This document shows, one piece after another, positions 1-11,414 of a stretch of DNA of 64,000 nucleotides; the first letter of the stretch is position 1, and each line of letters begins with the position of its first letter. The notes under the pieces are model-generated. The model saw only the letters and a program-made list of their open reading frames with translations. It did not search any database and had not been told where the DNA came from. This DNA is from Octopus vulgaris (taxonomy: Eukaryota). The translations under genes and the position numbers were made by a program. The stretch is taken from contig OX597817.1 of NCBI GenBank assembly GCA_951406725.2, forward strand, positions 176,638,001 to 176,702,000. The letters are read 5' to 3'.

Positions 1-536
1 CTATTAGCCAAATATGTATAATATCGGTACTTATTAATATTAATATATACACTGTTATATATTTTGTTTTATATTGTTCTGTTTACCTTCCTTTTTGTAC
101 AAATGTGTATTATATTATATAAGTGTAGCATTATGATGTATAAGTTTTTATATTTTACATTTTTATATTTTTATATTTATATGTATATGATTATATAATA
201 TTTTTCACTATTATAACAAATTTAATTTAATTCTCTGAAGAGGCCGTGGGGCATCCTTGTTAATGCCTCATTTATACCTGCCTTTATGGCTTATAGGTTA
301 AATGAGGTATGACTGTCCTCACTGCCGAAACAGCTGTCAGTTTTGATTTATTTGCATATTATATTTGAAATTTTACTTATATCTCTTTATCTTTTTACTT
401 TTACTATTACTGTATATCTCATTTCATTTTATATATTGCCTTTACTCATATGTAATGGTGTATTAAAGTATGGATTGAGTATCATCGGATAGTTGATGTT
501 TTACTGATTTAAGTATGTTTCTCCATTCTCTAATTT

Positions 537-540
<4 letters not shown>
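1..540 (+). mobile_element. Partial pseudo-LTR of a Penelope-like element (same family as 59043-60980)
   Basis: Near-identical to 60274-60808; contains a hammerhead motif; ends in (TA)n. Confidence 0.7.
233..340 (+). ncRNA. Type I hammerhead ribozyme with extended stem II
   Basis: CTGAAGA 235-241; stem II ggc-gtgggg...cctcac-gcc with inner tgcctcattta/taaatgaggta helix; GAAA 327-330; palindromic stem III cagctg; GUC cleavage triplet; stem I only ~2 bp. Confidence 0.7.
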
Positions 541-578
<38 letters not shown>

Positions 579-777
579 ACATAATATGTGACAATTATTC
601 TGTCGTTATAATAAAACTCAGAGATTTGGATGTCGAGGCGGAAGTCTGCTCCGGCATCTCGTCAGTAATTAAAACGAACAAAAATGCTATGAAAATGACC
701 ATTGAATAAAGGGAAATTACTATAAAGACGACCGTTATTAAGACAAACAAAAGAGCTATGAGAATGACCGTTAAATA

Positions 778-985
778 TCTATATATATAAAGCTGAAGTT
801 GCCTGTGTATATGCCAGGTTTAGTAGACTTCAACTAACACTATCTCCTCCGAGACCCTGCGGCGCAAGTTGACCAAAATTGAGAGTATGAGAGAAGAAGG
901 CTTGCTCTTCATTCCCTAGAACAAGAAGTTGAAATCGGACCATGTTAACACCAAAAATTAATTTACATAAAAAAGGTGCTTTCAT
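778..985 (+). mobile_element. Probable Helitron-type 5' end fragment
   Basis: A|TCTATATATATAAAG start followed by gt-rich tract, similar in style to the Helitron start at ~8290; no 3' end seen. Confidence 0.35.
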
Positions 986-2140
986 AGAACCATTGCCAAA
1001 TAGAACGGAGGAAAGGCGAATTTATCCGGTCTTACATCAAAACACTGGATTACATAATTGAAAATTATTGTGGCAAGGCTGATGAGTATGAAGAGGTCTA
1101 AAAAGAGAAGGAAGCCGGAAGTCTCTGTGATCCAGGGGTTCCTCAGGAAAATGAATCACCTACCCCGGGGAACGACCAGGTAGTGAAGGATAGGGGAGCC
1201 AAGGGAGCAGAAACCGGGAGCCCCCCGCCCTGTACCAGTGGTCCTACAAAGAAATGAACAATTAGAAAAACAGAAGAAAAAAGGAAGGACCGAAAACAAA
1301 AATAAGGAGGGAAAAGGAGGAAAAGGCAAAACAACCAAAGCTGAAACCCCAACCCACCACACAAACAGCAGAGAACCCCATGGAGGATCCAATGCCACCC
1401 TTTACACTTCAGGAAAGAAGAAATCTAGAAGGCACCGAAGAACCTGTAAATTCTACCTGCGGGGCAAATGTTGGCATGGTGAGGACAGCAAAAACTGCCG
1501 GTTCGCCAACCCGACACCCCACCAGAACTTCAGGGGACTCAAAGAGAAAAGCTTTACCGAGGGAACACAAAAAATGTCTCCCAGGAAAACTTTCAAAAAC
1601 GAAGTGCACTCCTCAGATGTTCTGCGCAACGCAGCAGCTGAGCAAGAGTCTTTTTTATGCATGGCGCAAAGAATTGTCCGGCAGCTAACCTGGCTACACC
1701 AAGCACAGAGAAGGAACCCTGCCCACCACTATGCAAGACCACCAAAGTCAACAGACACGGGATGGCTTCCCCTAACGCCTGCACATCCGCCACCCCAATA
1801 CTTTTACTAAATATTGCGGGCCTGTTGCATCAAAATAGAAACAAAATTTCTTTCCTGAGAGATCTTACTGCATGCAATCAAGCCCTATGCATAGCACTTG
1901 TGGAAACTCACCTCAACCCTGATATAGAGGACGCAGAAGTACACATACCAAACTATGCCATACTGCGAACAGACAGAAGGGAAAGGAGCCATGGTGGAGT
2001 TGCTGTATAAATCCAAGATGACCTCACACCCCAGGTCTTAATGACATACTCAAATTCGGTATGTGACAGTTTAATTGTATACATAAGACAACATAATATA
2101 GTCATATGCAATACATATTGCCCACCGAATGCCCCAAAGT
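985..2140 (+). mobile_element. 3'-truncated APE-type (CR1-like) LINE: ORF1 with CCCH-like finger plus start of the ORF2 endonuclease
   Basis: ORF 1238-1810 has CKFYLRGKCWHG...CRF; ORF 1657-2010 has LLNIAGL, LVETHL, RTDR..GGVA (APE motifs) then a premature stop. Confidence 0.8.
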
Positions 2141-2591
2141 TAATAGATGATATGTATCGGGAAAATCTCGGGACCAGCTGATGCCAGTTTCGTCATTAGA
2201 ACTGGAACAATCTGCTTCAGTAGTAATCAATATAACAGTAACAGACACTACTGAAGAAGGTTCACAGTCACAAGACCTGCCCAGGGAGAGACCACCGATA
2301 GACTATATATGCACGACTCGTATATAATTATTTCCGTTGGATTCGACTCTCGGAAACATTGAACAACTAATGGTATTTGCATACGCATACCGGCATTAAT
2401 GTTTAAACTACACGAAATTTTACAATTTTAAAGTTTATGCTCTTAAAACTTTATATTTACATGTATGTGCAGCTTGTTGACAAGCATTCCTTATTAGCTT
2501 TGACGTCAAAATTTTGCAGTTTATCACTGAGCAATCCCCAAACCTTACAAATTTGAATACGAGTAAGAATATGTAATAAACATGCATGCAA

Positions 2592-2657
<66 letters not shown>

Positions 2658-3189
2658 AAATTCCACAAATGCGGATAATACAAAATATGTGTTGAATACA
2701 TGAGACTCCAGAATCAGGTTTATACGACCAGAATGTACACACAAAAATGTGTACATTTTTTTACAAGTGTATACACATACGTCTATACACATGTGTGTGT
2801 GTGTGCTTGTGTGTGTATGCATGTATACGTATGTGGATGCGTGTGTATGTACAGAAAAGCCACATAATGACATAGACTGAAACAAAATATGTGCACTAAC
2901 CCATGATTATACACACAAAATACTGATTATATTTATAGAAATATTATTGTTTTCCAATCAGCAACATTTGTTTTACATTCGAACTGCGCCGTATTTATAT
3001 TTTGGTCTACGATGAATATTTGCATAATAAATGTCTAAATTAAATTACAGAAGTTCATGTTCAATAGTTAGCTCAATAAACGCCAGTAGTTTCGTCGTAA
3101 ACATCATTATTTAGCCTCAAAAGGCAATTCATGACTACACATTTAGTGAATATATGGTCCTTAAGTAGGAGGTGCCCTTATTTTATGAG

Positions 3190-4330
3190 ATGGAAATCTG
3201 TCTTTTATGGTGCTCCTGATTTTTTATCCTATTTAGAACTACAAATAACTATCCAGTGCTAAATACGCGCTCTCGTAGATATACTCCCACTCTGATAAAA
3301 GACTAACCCTGAAATATATTTATGGTAATAACAAAGAATGTTATCAAGGAGCCATGCCTGCGATTATGTTGAAAAAGTAGATTTGTCTCGCTTTGTGACA
3401 AATAAATTCGTGAAATGAAAACCCATTCTTCTTAACTGTTGCCAGTAAATATTTCTGCTGTATAAAGAAGATGGTTGCACTCTTCTATAATTGTTGCTCA
3501 TGTTCTATTTAGTAAACTCTTCAGGGGTCTGAGGTTTCGTTCTCACATTATAATACTCCAAACGTTCATCACCAGAATATGAGGTGGAATTCCACGTGGA
3601 TTTTGTTCATTTAACAACTCCACTGGAAAATCTATAGCTCATCTTCCTCATTCAAATGATCATCATCTTGATCATGAAAATCCTCACAATCCCCTCCACC
3701 TCATCAACTTCGTTATCATCGTCATCAATATCTGCATCCTCGTCGCTGCATCAACATCTTCATCGTAGTCATCTTCACTGTTGTCATCGTCGTCGTAGTC
3801 TTTTTCCTAGTTGTCGTCATCGTCATCAACAATTATCGAATCATTGATTTTATATATTTTCTTGATAGACCCGGTATATGAGCTGCAGAATATCATTGTT
3901 AAGTTTCAATGTTTCACAAACTTTCGAAGTCAGCACAATCAGGTAGATTCCCAATGTAAGTTATATAAATCAAAAGAGGCAGTTTGTTCATCATTGATGA
4001 TGTTAACTGAATTTACAATAAATAAAGTTGACAACATCACCGACAATCATTGCTTATGGTATGGCAAGCATACAATCATTAAGCCCAGCATTGTAAGTGA
4101 AAATAACATTTCTAATATTCAAGATACAAATATGAAATCCTTCTTGCTCGCATTTCCCATTTTTACTGGAAGATGAAGAATTTTCACATATCTCTATAAT
4201 GGCCAACTCTTCGTGCAGTATTTTTATATTAACATTGCTGAATCTTCGAATTGCATTAGCTGTCTTGTGAAAGTCATCTCCAAATATCAAAAGCTTTTCA
4301 TTAAATAGATGACCATTTTACATAATTTCC
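3190..4330 (-). pseudogene. Highly decayed Pif1/Helitron helicase fragment with acidic (D/E) insert
   Basis: Minus-strand translation across stops and frameshifts gives LLIFGDDF (GGDFRQ-like), PVELLNEQNPRGIPPHIL, RNLRP, TAEIFTG..VFISRI and FVITINIFQG*SFIRVGVYLRERVFSTG*LFV, colinear with the Helitron helicase at 10430-10997. Confidence 0.7.
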
Positions 4331-4444
4331 TTTAGAAGTTTCATCGTTAATACGAAATGTGTTACTTGATAAGGTAGAGGATTTATCAACAATGAATGGT
4401 GGGTTAGTATTTTATCCTCGGTGCAAAGTTGGTCTTACCTTAAG

Positions 4445-4790
4445 CAGGTAATTGACTTTACAATCCCAAATGATGAGAAAATCAATATGGAAACTATACA
4501 GAAAATAGCAAAGTACCAGGGTCTAGCCATTCAGTTATAGAGGCAAGGAAATGTGTGGATAAAATGTATCCCTGTAGCTATAAGTGCATTACGAATTATC
4601 CCTAAGGGTTTCACAAAGAAATAGAAAAACTAGGCGTAAAACCTACTTTAGTGCAGCTCCAGGAAACCGTGTTATTAGGGACAGCTAGGATACTTAGGAA
4701 GGTTTTTCGCATATAAGGTTACTTGCTGTAGCCCGATGTTAGGAACTTTTCTTGTTCCAGTTTAATCTGTTGTGCGTAGAGGAAATAATA
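4445..4790 (+). pseudogene. Decayed R4/Dong-like RLE LINE 3' end (old family)
   Basis: VIDFTIPNDE..KIAKYQGLA..LQETVLLGTARILRK remnant; repeated at 16495 and 51572. Confidence 0.7.
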
Positions 4791-4794
4791 ATCC

Positions 4795-4935
4795 TTACTT
4801 CTAAATACAAATGGGCTGTTTTTTTCCTAATTTTGGTGGTGGGGACTAGATGATTACATCGACCCCAGTGTTTAACTGGTACATAATTTATCAACCCCGA
4901 AAGGATCAAATGTAAAATCGATTTCGCCGGTCTTA
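4795..4935 (-). mobile_element. SINE fragment (Nin-domain-like)
   Basis: Reverse complement of the cctttcggggt..gtaccag..ctggggtcgatgtaatc body seen at 13884-14225; also at ~16850-16970 and ~51925-52050. Confidence 0.65.
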
Positions 4936-4936
4936 A

Positions 4937-5023
<87 letters not shown>

Positions 5024-5026
5024 TAA

Positions 5027-6975
5027 AATTATACCACTCTAATGGAGTACTTGCCTCAGAAAACAAATTATACCACTCTAATGGAGTACTTGCCTCAGAA
5101 AACATAAACATCAACTGTGGAATTTTTCAAGGTGACTCACTTTCACCTTTAATATTCTGCATAGCCCTAATACCCCTTACAAGTGAATTAAACAGAACAG
5201 GGTATGGGTATAAAATTGCCAATAAAAAAATAAGCCATCTATTTTATATGGATGACTTAAAACTTTATGGTAAAGACAATAATGAACTTGAAGGCCTATT
5301 GCGCACCGTGAAAGCATTCAGCGATGACATCGGGATGGAGTTTGGACTTGAGAAGTGTGCCAAGGCCACTTTCCAGAAAGGGAAAGTGAAGACCACAAAT
5401 TCAGTCGTGTTAGATGTTGACACAGTCATAAGAGAGCTTGAGCAAGAACAAACATACAAATATTTAGGGATAAATGAAGGCTCTGGTATTCAGCATGCAA
5501 GCATGAAAGAGAAAATCAGGAAGGAATGTTATAGGAGAGTTCGTGCAGTCCTGAAATCTGAACTAAATGCACGTAACAAGGTGTTAGCTATAAATTCCCT
5601 AGCAGTTCCAGTTGTTACTTGTAGCTACAATGTGTTGAACTGGAATATGAGTGAAGTAAAGAATATAGATAGAAAAATACGCAAGCTGCTGAGTTGTAAT
5701 AGGATGCACCACCCAAAGGCAGACGTAGACCGCCTTTACCTTCCCAGAGCCCAAGGAGGTCGAGGCCTGATCCAATTTGAACTAGCTTACAAAACAACCA
5801 CAATTGGACTGGCCAAATATCTCGAAATATCGAATGACTGGATGCTAAAGCTCGTGGAAAATCACGAGAGACGAAAGAAGCTTCATTCTATCATCAAGGA
5901 AAGCAAAAAATTTGCTATTGATCTCGTGCAGAATACCCAAACTGAACAACCCGAGGGAAGTACGGCAACTATTGTTGCAAAGAAGGTGAAAATGATGGCA
6001 ATGAAAAAAGCGCACGAGCAATTGGCTGATAGGTGGGAGGAGAAACCTCTGCACGGCAAATATGTGACCCGCAGCAAACAAGCTGATGTTGACCAGAAGC
6101 AAACCCATCAGTGGCTGCGGAGCTCAGGGCTAAAAGCAGAGAGCGAAGGTTTCATCCTGGCTGCTCAAGACCAAAGCCTATCAACCCGGAACTACCAGGC
6201 CAATGTGATGAAAAATGGAGCAGACCCAAAATGCCGATTCTGCAACGACATGATTGAAACAGTGGACCACCTAATCTCTGGATGTAAAGTCTTAGCACCA
6301 GTGGAGTATAAATTAAGACATGACAGAGTTGGCCAATATCTCCACTGGCTAATAAGTCGGCATTACAATATCAAAACTGCCGACAAGTGGTATAATCACC
6401 ACCCTGAGGCTGTAACTGAAGGAGAAAATGTAACCATTCTGTGGGACTTTCCAGTACATACAGACCGAACCATCAAGGCCAATAAACCAGATATTGTTGT
6501 GAAAGACCAAAACAATAAAGTTTGCTTATTGATCGACATGAGCATCCCCTGTGATCATAATATCTCAGCGAAAGAGTTTGACAAGCTCAGAAAATATAAA
6601 GACCTACTCATTGAAATTGAGAAAATGTGGCATCTCAAGGCGGTTACAATACCAGTGATCGTAGGAGCACTAGGAATGATCAAGAAGGGAACCGAAAATT
6701 ATATGAGAATGATCCCTGGCTTACCATCCCTGCAAGAAGTGCAAAAGATTGTCTTAACTGGTACATCACACGTATTGAGAAGAGCATTGTCGATGTGAGA
6801 ACTGTTGCTGCTCATGTATTTTAATTTTAATTTAACTTTAAAAAAAAAAAAAAAAATTAACGAACTACTGAGTTTGGTTTAATGGCCTGCCAATATACAC
6901 TATGAGTTTCTTTGCCCTAGGAGTCGGGAAGACACTCGGCAAGAAATGGAAGAAAATTTGAAAGAAGAAAAAAAA
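5027..6975 (+). mobile_element. 5'-truncated R4/Dong-like LINE, family 1 (RT C-term, CCHC finger, restriction-like endonuclease)
   Basis: ORF 5248-6798 with YMDD, CRFC..ETVDHLISGC, RHD, KPDIVV..IDMSIP..KLRKY; flanked by (AAT)n; near-identical to 21872-23770. Confidence 0.92.
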
Positions 6976-6979
6976 AAAG

Positions 6980-7011
<32 letters not shown>

Positions 7012-7452
7012 TGAACTAAAGGTACAAAGCCTGAAATTTCGGGGCTGAGGATATATTAATATATCAATCGTAATGCAAGGCATCTATTTTCATTGCTACA
7101 TCAAAATTGTGACATATGAAAAGAACGGAGTGAGAAAAAATTAGAGACTTACCTAAGAAAAAAGGCAATATTCGGTAAAAAAATATTTACTCTGATGGTT
7201 TGCGTTCGCTACTTTTAATAAAAATTGAGAAATTAAAGTAATGCATTCAATTTTATAGCACAGTCAAGCAGGATCTAACTTCTGTCAACCAATGAAATTT
7301 ACGAATCATTTTTATGAGTCGTATACATTTTTAATTGCTTTTCTCAATCGATTTCACCTCTCACCACATCTCTTTTGACACAACGCCTTATATATGCTTC
7401 TTTTCATGCATACATACATACATACATACATGCATACATATATATATATACA

Positions 7453-7520
<68 letters not shown>

Positions 7521-7854
7521 GCACACACACACACATATATATATATATATACATGTATAAATATATGTATGTATGTATGATCATATATCTAGATATATGT
7601 GCTGGGTATAACTCAAACTGAATCCAGTAGTGGGGTCTTTTGTTCGGGAGTTCCAGAGTTTGTGGAATCTGGAATCACCTCGGAGCCACTATAGTCCCCC
7701 GCGCTACTCTGATCCGGACGGAGTTGTAGCAAAGGTCAAGGTCCAAATATAAGTTAACTAATATAAGTAATGACATTGTATCGGAGCGCGGAAATGCAGA
7801 AATAACCTTGGTTGATGTCACGGCATGCAGTAAAACCACTAAAAAGGACGGATC

Positions 7855-8255
7855 ACTTGGTTGCATCAGAGGTGCCTACTGATGGAAAACCTGCTGTTTG
7901 ACCTGATGAAAAGTCCTCTCTGTTCGGTCTGCCACTAGGTTCTAGTCACAGAGACTCAGAGTGGTACTGGTATTCTACAGGTGCCTCTCACTATAATCAA
8001 ATGATGCACAGTTATGTCTTTAAGATGACCACATTCGGCATTTCATCTGCTGAAGTTCCTACGGTGGTGGATGAATGGACGCGCACGGTAGGCTACAACA
8101 ACTTTCGTCTCTCACCTACGCTTCAAAGAAGGCAGATCGGCAGAGAGACTAAATTTCAACTGAGAGGTCATGAATGGAAACACAGAAATGCCTTTGACAA
8201 ACAGGTAGCAAAAGAAAACGGCAAACATCTGCCAAGGTGGAGCAATCATCTTATG
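7855..8255. other. Unidentified conserved element, subtype V1 (copy 1)
   Basis: Near-identical at 24298-24697 and 53943-54233; aligns without gaps to subtype V2; internal ~20-bp complementarity 7912-7933/8131-8150. Confidence 0.5.
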
Positions 8256-8257
8256 TG

Positions 8258-8289
<32 letters not shown>

Positions 8290-8294
<5 letters not shown>

Positions 8295-11118
8295 GGCAGT
8301 TTGTCTGTCTGTGTGTCTGTGTGTCTGTTTGGTTGTACCCTCACTCTGACCACGGCTTTCAACCGATTCTGATGAAACTTGACACACACATAGCCCAATG
8401 TCATAATTCAAAACTAACGCAGCGAAAATTTTGAAAAGTTCCCTCAGTTCTGAAAAAAATCGATAAATTCGACATGGGGTCGAGAATCAGAAACACAAAC
8501 CACAGACTGTCTAGGGGGCGCAACTCGACCTTTTTAACTCTCAACTACATCAATATCCAGCTACTTGAAGCTATTCCTGGTGATGTCCACGTCTACAAAT
8601 CTATTGATAGGACAGCAGACCCCGCAGAGCTTGCCGATTATCCTGTTGAATTCCTGAATTCACTTGAACCACCAGGCCTGCCGCCACACATCCTGTAGTT
8701 AAAAGTCGGTGCGCCCATTATGCTTATCAGGAATTTGGTTCCACCTAAACAGTGCAACGGCACACGTTTGGTTGTGAAACATTTGCCACCACATTTAATA
8801 ACGGCCACAGTACTTACCGGTTGTGGGAAGGGAGAGGACGTCTTTATTCCACGGATGCACCTTCAACCGTCGGGCGCTGACCTACCAATCCACTTCAGGC
8901 GTTCTCAGTTTTCTTTTAAACTCTGCTTCGCAATGTCCATCAATAAATCCCAAGGCCAAACGCTACAAGTCGCTGGGTTACAGTTGGGCGAACAGTGCTT
9001 CGCCCACGGTCAACTCTACGTGGGCTGTTCACGCGTTGGGAGGCGCAATGATATTTTCATGTTTTCGCCCAAAGGGACATCTAGGAACATCGTATACACA
9101 GAAGTATTCGAGTGAAGAGAAGACATTGCAACCTACAAAATCGATAAACTCGGTATGGGGTCGAGAATCTAAGCTTTTTATATGCAACACATTTTCTATG
9201 GTAGTTTTCGCAACTTGCAATCGATTTTCACAAAACTCATGGGGAAGCTTAATGTTACCCTAAGAAACTCAATTCTGACGTTAGTTTTCCATGCAATACC
9301 TTACCATCAGAAACAATCGATAAAATCATGCCATTTTGGGAAATCGCGTTCAAATTCAAGATGACATATTTTCGACAATATCTTTCACAAATTGGCAGGA
9401 ATTTTTTTTTTTAAATTCACAGCGAGCATCATGTCTGCTCCAAGGAGCTATATGGCCCTTTTTATTCCAATAGGATACATTATTGGAAAAAATCGGTTAA
9501 TTAAATCATATGTGGCACACATAGCAAACCGATTTGTGTATTAAACACAAACCAGACTGTCTAGGGGACGCAACTCGACCTTTTTAGCTATCGATAATTC
9601 GATCCAACCAATTCCTACCAGGAAGAAATTACATTCGAGACTTCACCCCCAACACCGCCACTTCTGCTAATAGCTGCTGCAGCCGCAAGTTATTCGAATA
9701 CTTTTTTTGTTTACACTTTCTTTATAACTACAACCCCAAACGTTTTACCTTAAATTTTTGACGTACCCTAAGGGTCCTCGGACTCTACTTGCAAACTCTT
9801 GGTTTATTATAAGCCGCTTTTGTCGTGTGCAACACAAAAACTTTTCCATTCGTTTGTTCAGTTTGGTCACTTTTGGCTTTTTCGTTGTTGTCACTCACAT
9901 TGCTGCCCGCTTTTTTGCCGTTTTTGTACATTTTTATACATTTTGGGATACTTACCCCACGTGCTCCTTTTTATTACACCTTTACCAAACACATTGCTAT
10001 CCACCAAAATACTTACCCCACGTGTTCCTTTTTATTACACCTTTGCCAAACACATTGCTATCCACCAAAATGCCACCCAAGAAGAGAAGGACCCTTCTCA
10101 GACCTCGGACGGCCAAGGCATCGCCTGCTAGGGCTAGAAGGGCACGCGAGACCCACGATAAAAACCGCCTTGCGCCTCTCGCAAAAAGCTTCCCGTTCTG
10201 CCGCTGCTCAGGCATCTGAAACTACTAGCGACCGTTCTACCCGACTTGCAAGGGTCGCAGCGTACAGATCTTCCCTCCGCTCGAGGTTGACGAAAGAGCT
10301 TTGCACCATTGTCGACACTCCAGCTAGCCTCCGGGACGCTATCTTCCACGACCTACAAAACAATTTACGCGACCTAATATGGCTGGCAGGCAGAGCTATT
10401 CTCGCACCCAAAAATACAACCGTCAACTCCATCAATATCCAGCTACTTGAAGCTATTCCTGGTGATGTCCACGTCTACAAATCTATTGATAGGACAGCAG
10501 ACCCCGCAGAGCTTGCCGATTATCCTGTTGAATTCCTGAATTCACTTGAACCGCCAGGCCTGCCGCCACACATTATGAAGTTAAAAGTCGGTGCGCCCAT
10601 TATGCTCATCAGGAATTTGGTTCCACCTAAACAGTGCAACGGCACACGTTTGGTTGTGAAACATTTGCCACCACATTTAATAATGGCCACAATACTTACC
10701 GGTTGTGGGAAGGGATAGGACGTATTCATTCCACGGATGCACCTTCAACCGTCGGGCGCTGACCTACCAATCCACTTCAGGCGTTCTCAGTTTTCTTTTA
10801 AACTCTGCTTCGCAATGTCAATCGATAAATCCCAAGGCCAAACGCTACAAGTCGCTGGGTTAGATTTGGGCGAACAGTGCTTCGCCCACGGTCAACTCTA
10901 CGTGGGCTGTTCACGCGTTGGGAGGCGCAATAATGTTTTCATGTTTTCGCCCAAAGGGACATATAGGAACATCGTATATACAGAAGTATTCGAGTGAAGA
11001 GAAGACATTGCAGCCTCCACATGCACCTTCGTTCCCTGGAGGGAAAGGACTACATTGGGATTCATCGTCGCCTACTAGGGGCTCTTACATACCCGGGCAA
11101 CGCCGGGCTATGCTGCTA

Positions 11119-11119
<1 letters not shown>
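8290..11119 (+). mobile_element. Non-autonomous Helitron with internal deletion and duplicated Pif1 helicase C-terminus
   Basis: YPVEFLNSLEPPGLPPH, NGTRL, FAMSINKSQGQT, HGQLYVGCSRV present twice (8548-9115, 10430-10997); 3' hairpin cccgggcaacgccggg 11092-11107 then CTAG|T; empty (TA)n site at 24710-24780. Confidence 0.9.
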
Positions 11120-11173
<54 letters not shown>

Positions 11174-11278
11174 CATAAGTTTAAAGTTTATGAAGGCTCA
11201 CCGTGTTTTGTCAATTATAAATAATCCATATAAATATATGGCCCCGACGGAAAAAGTTAGTGTTTGCCGTACAAATAT

Positions 11279-11321
<43 letters not shown>

Positions 11322-11414
11322 GAGAGAGAGAGGGAGAGATAGATAGATACGTATATTTATGTTACCCTACCAATATCACAAGAAGGCTGTCAATATATAC
11401 ATATGCTTGCGCGC

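Noticed and set aside
2151-2330. Short open frame (..LELEQSASVVINITVTD..) and a string of small hairpins
   Set aside because: No start or splice support, single copy, and hairpins short enough to be chance.
7594-7850. ~255-bp segment present only in unit copy 1
   Set aside because: Probably a small non-autonomous TE fragment; no termini or TSD I can support.
7905-8155. RNase MRP-like gaaaagtcc.../...gagactaa motifs, and ctgatga as a hammerhead core
   Set aside because: The helix is a long simple stem rather than the P4 pseudoknot; other conserved regions are not found; ctgatga is mutated in the other copies and lacks a properly placed stem II-GAAA.
8001-8372. MMHSYVFK... ORF repeated in three units as a host gene
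   Set aside because: No recognisable domain; runs into (TA)n; differences between copies are largely nonsynonymous; V2 has stops. Kept only as an alternative hypothesis.
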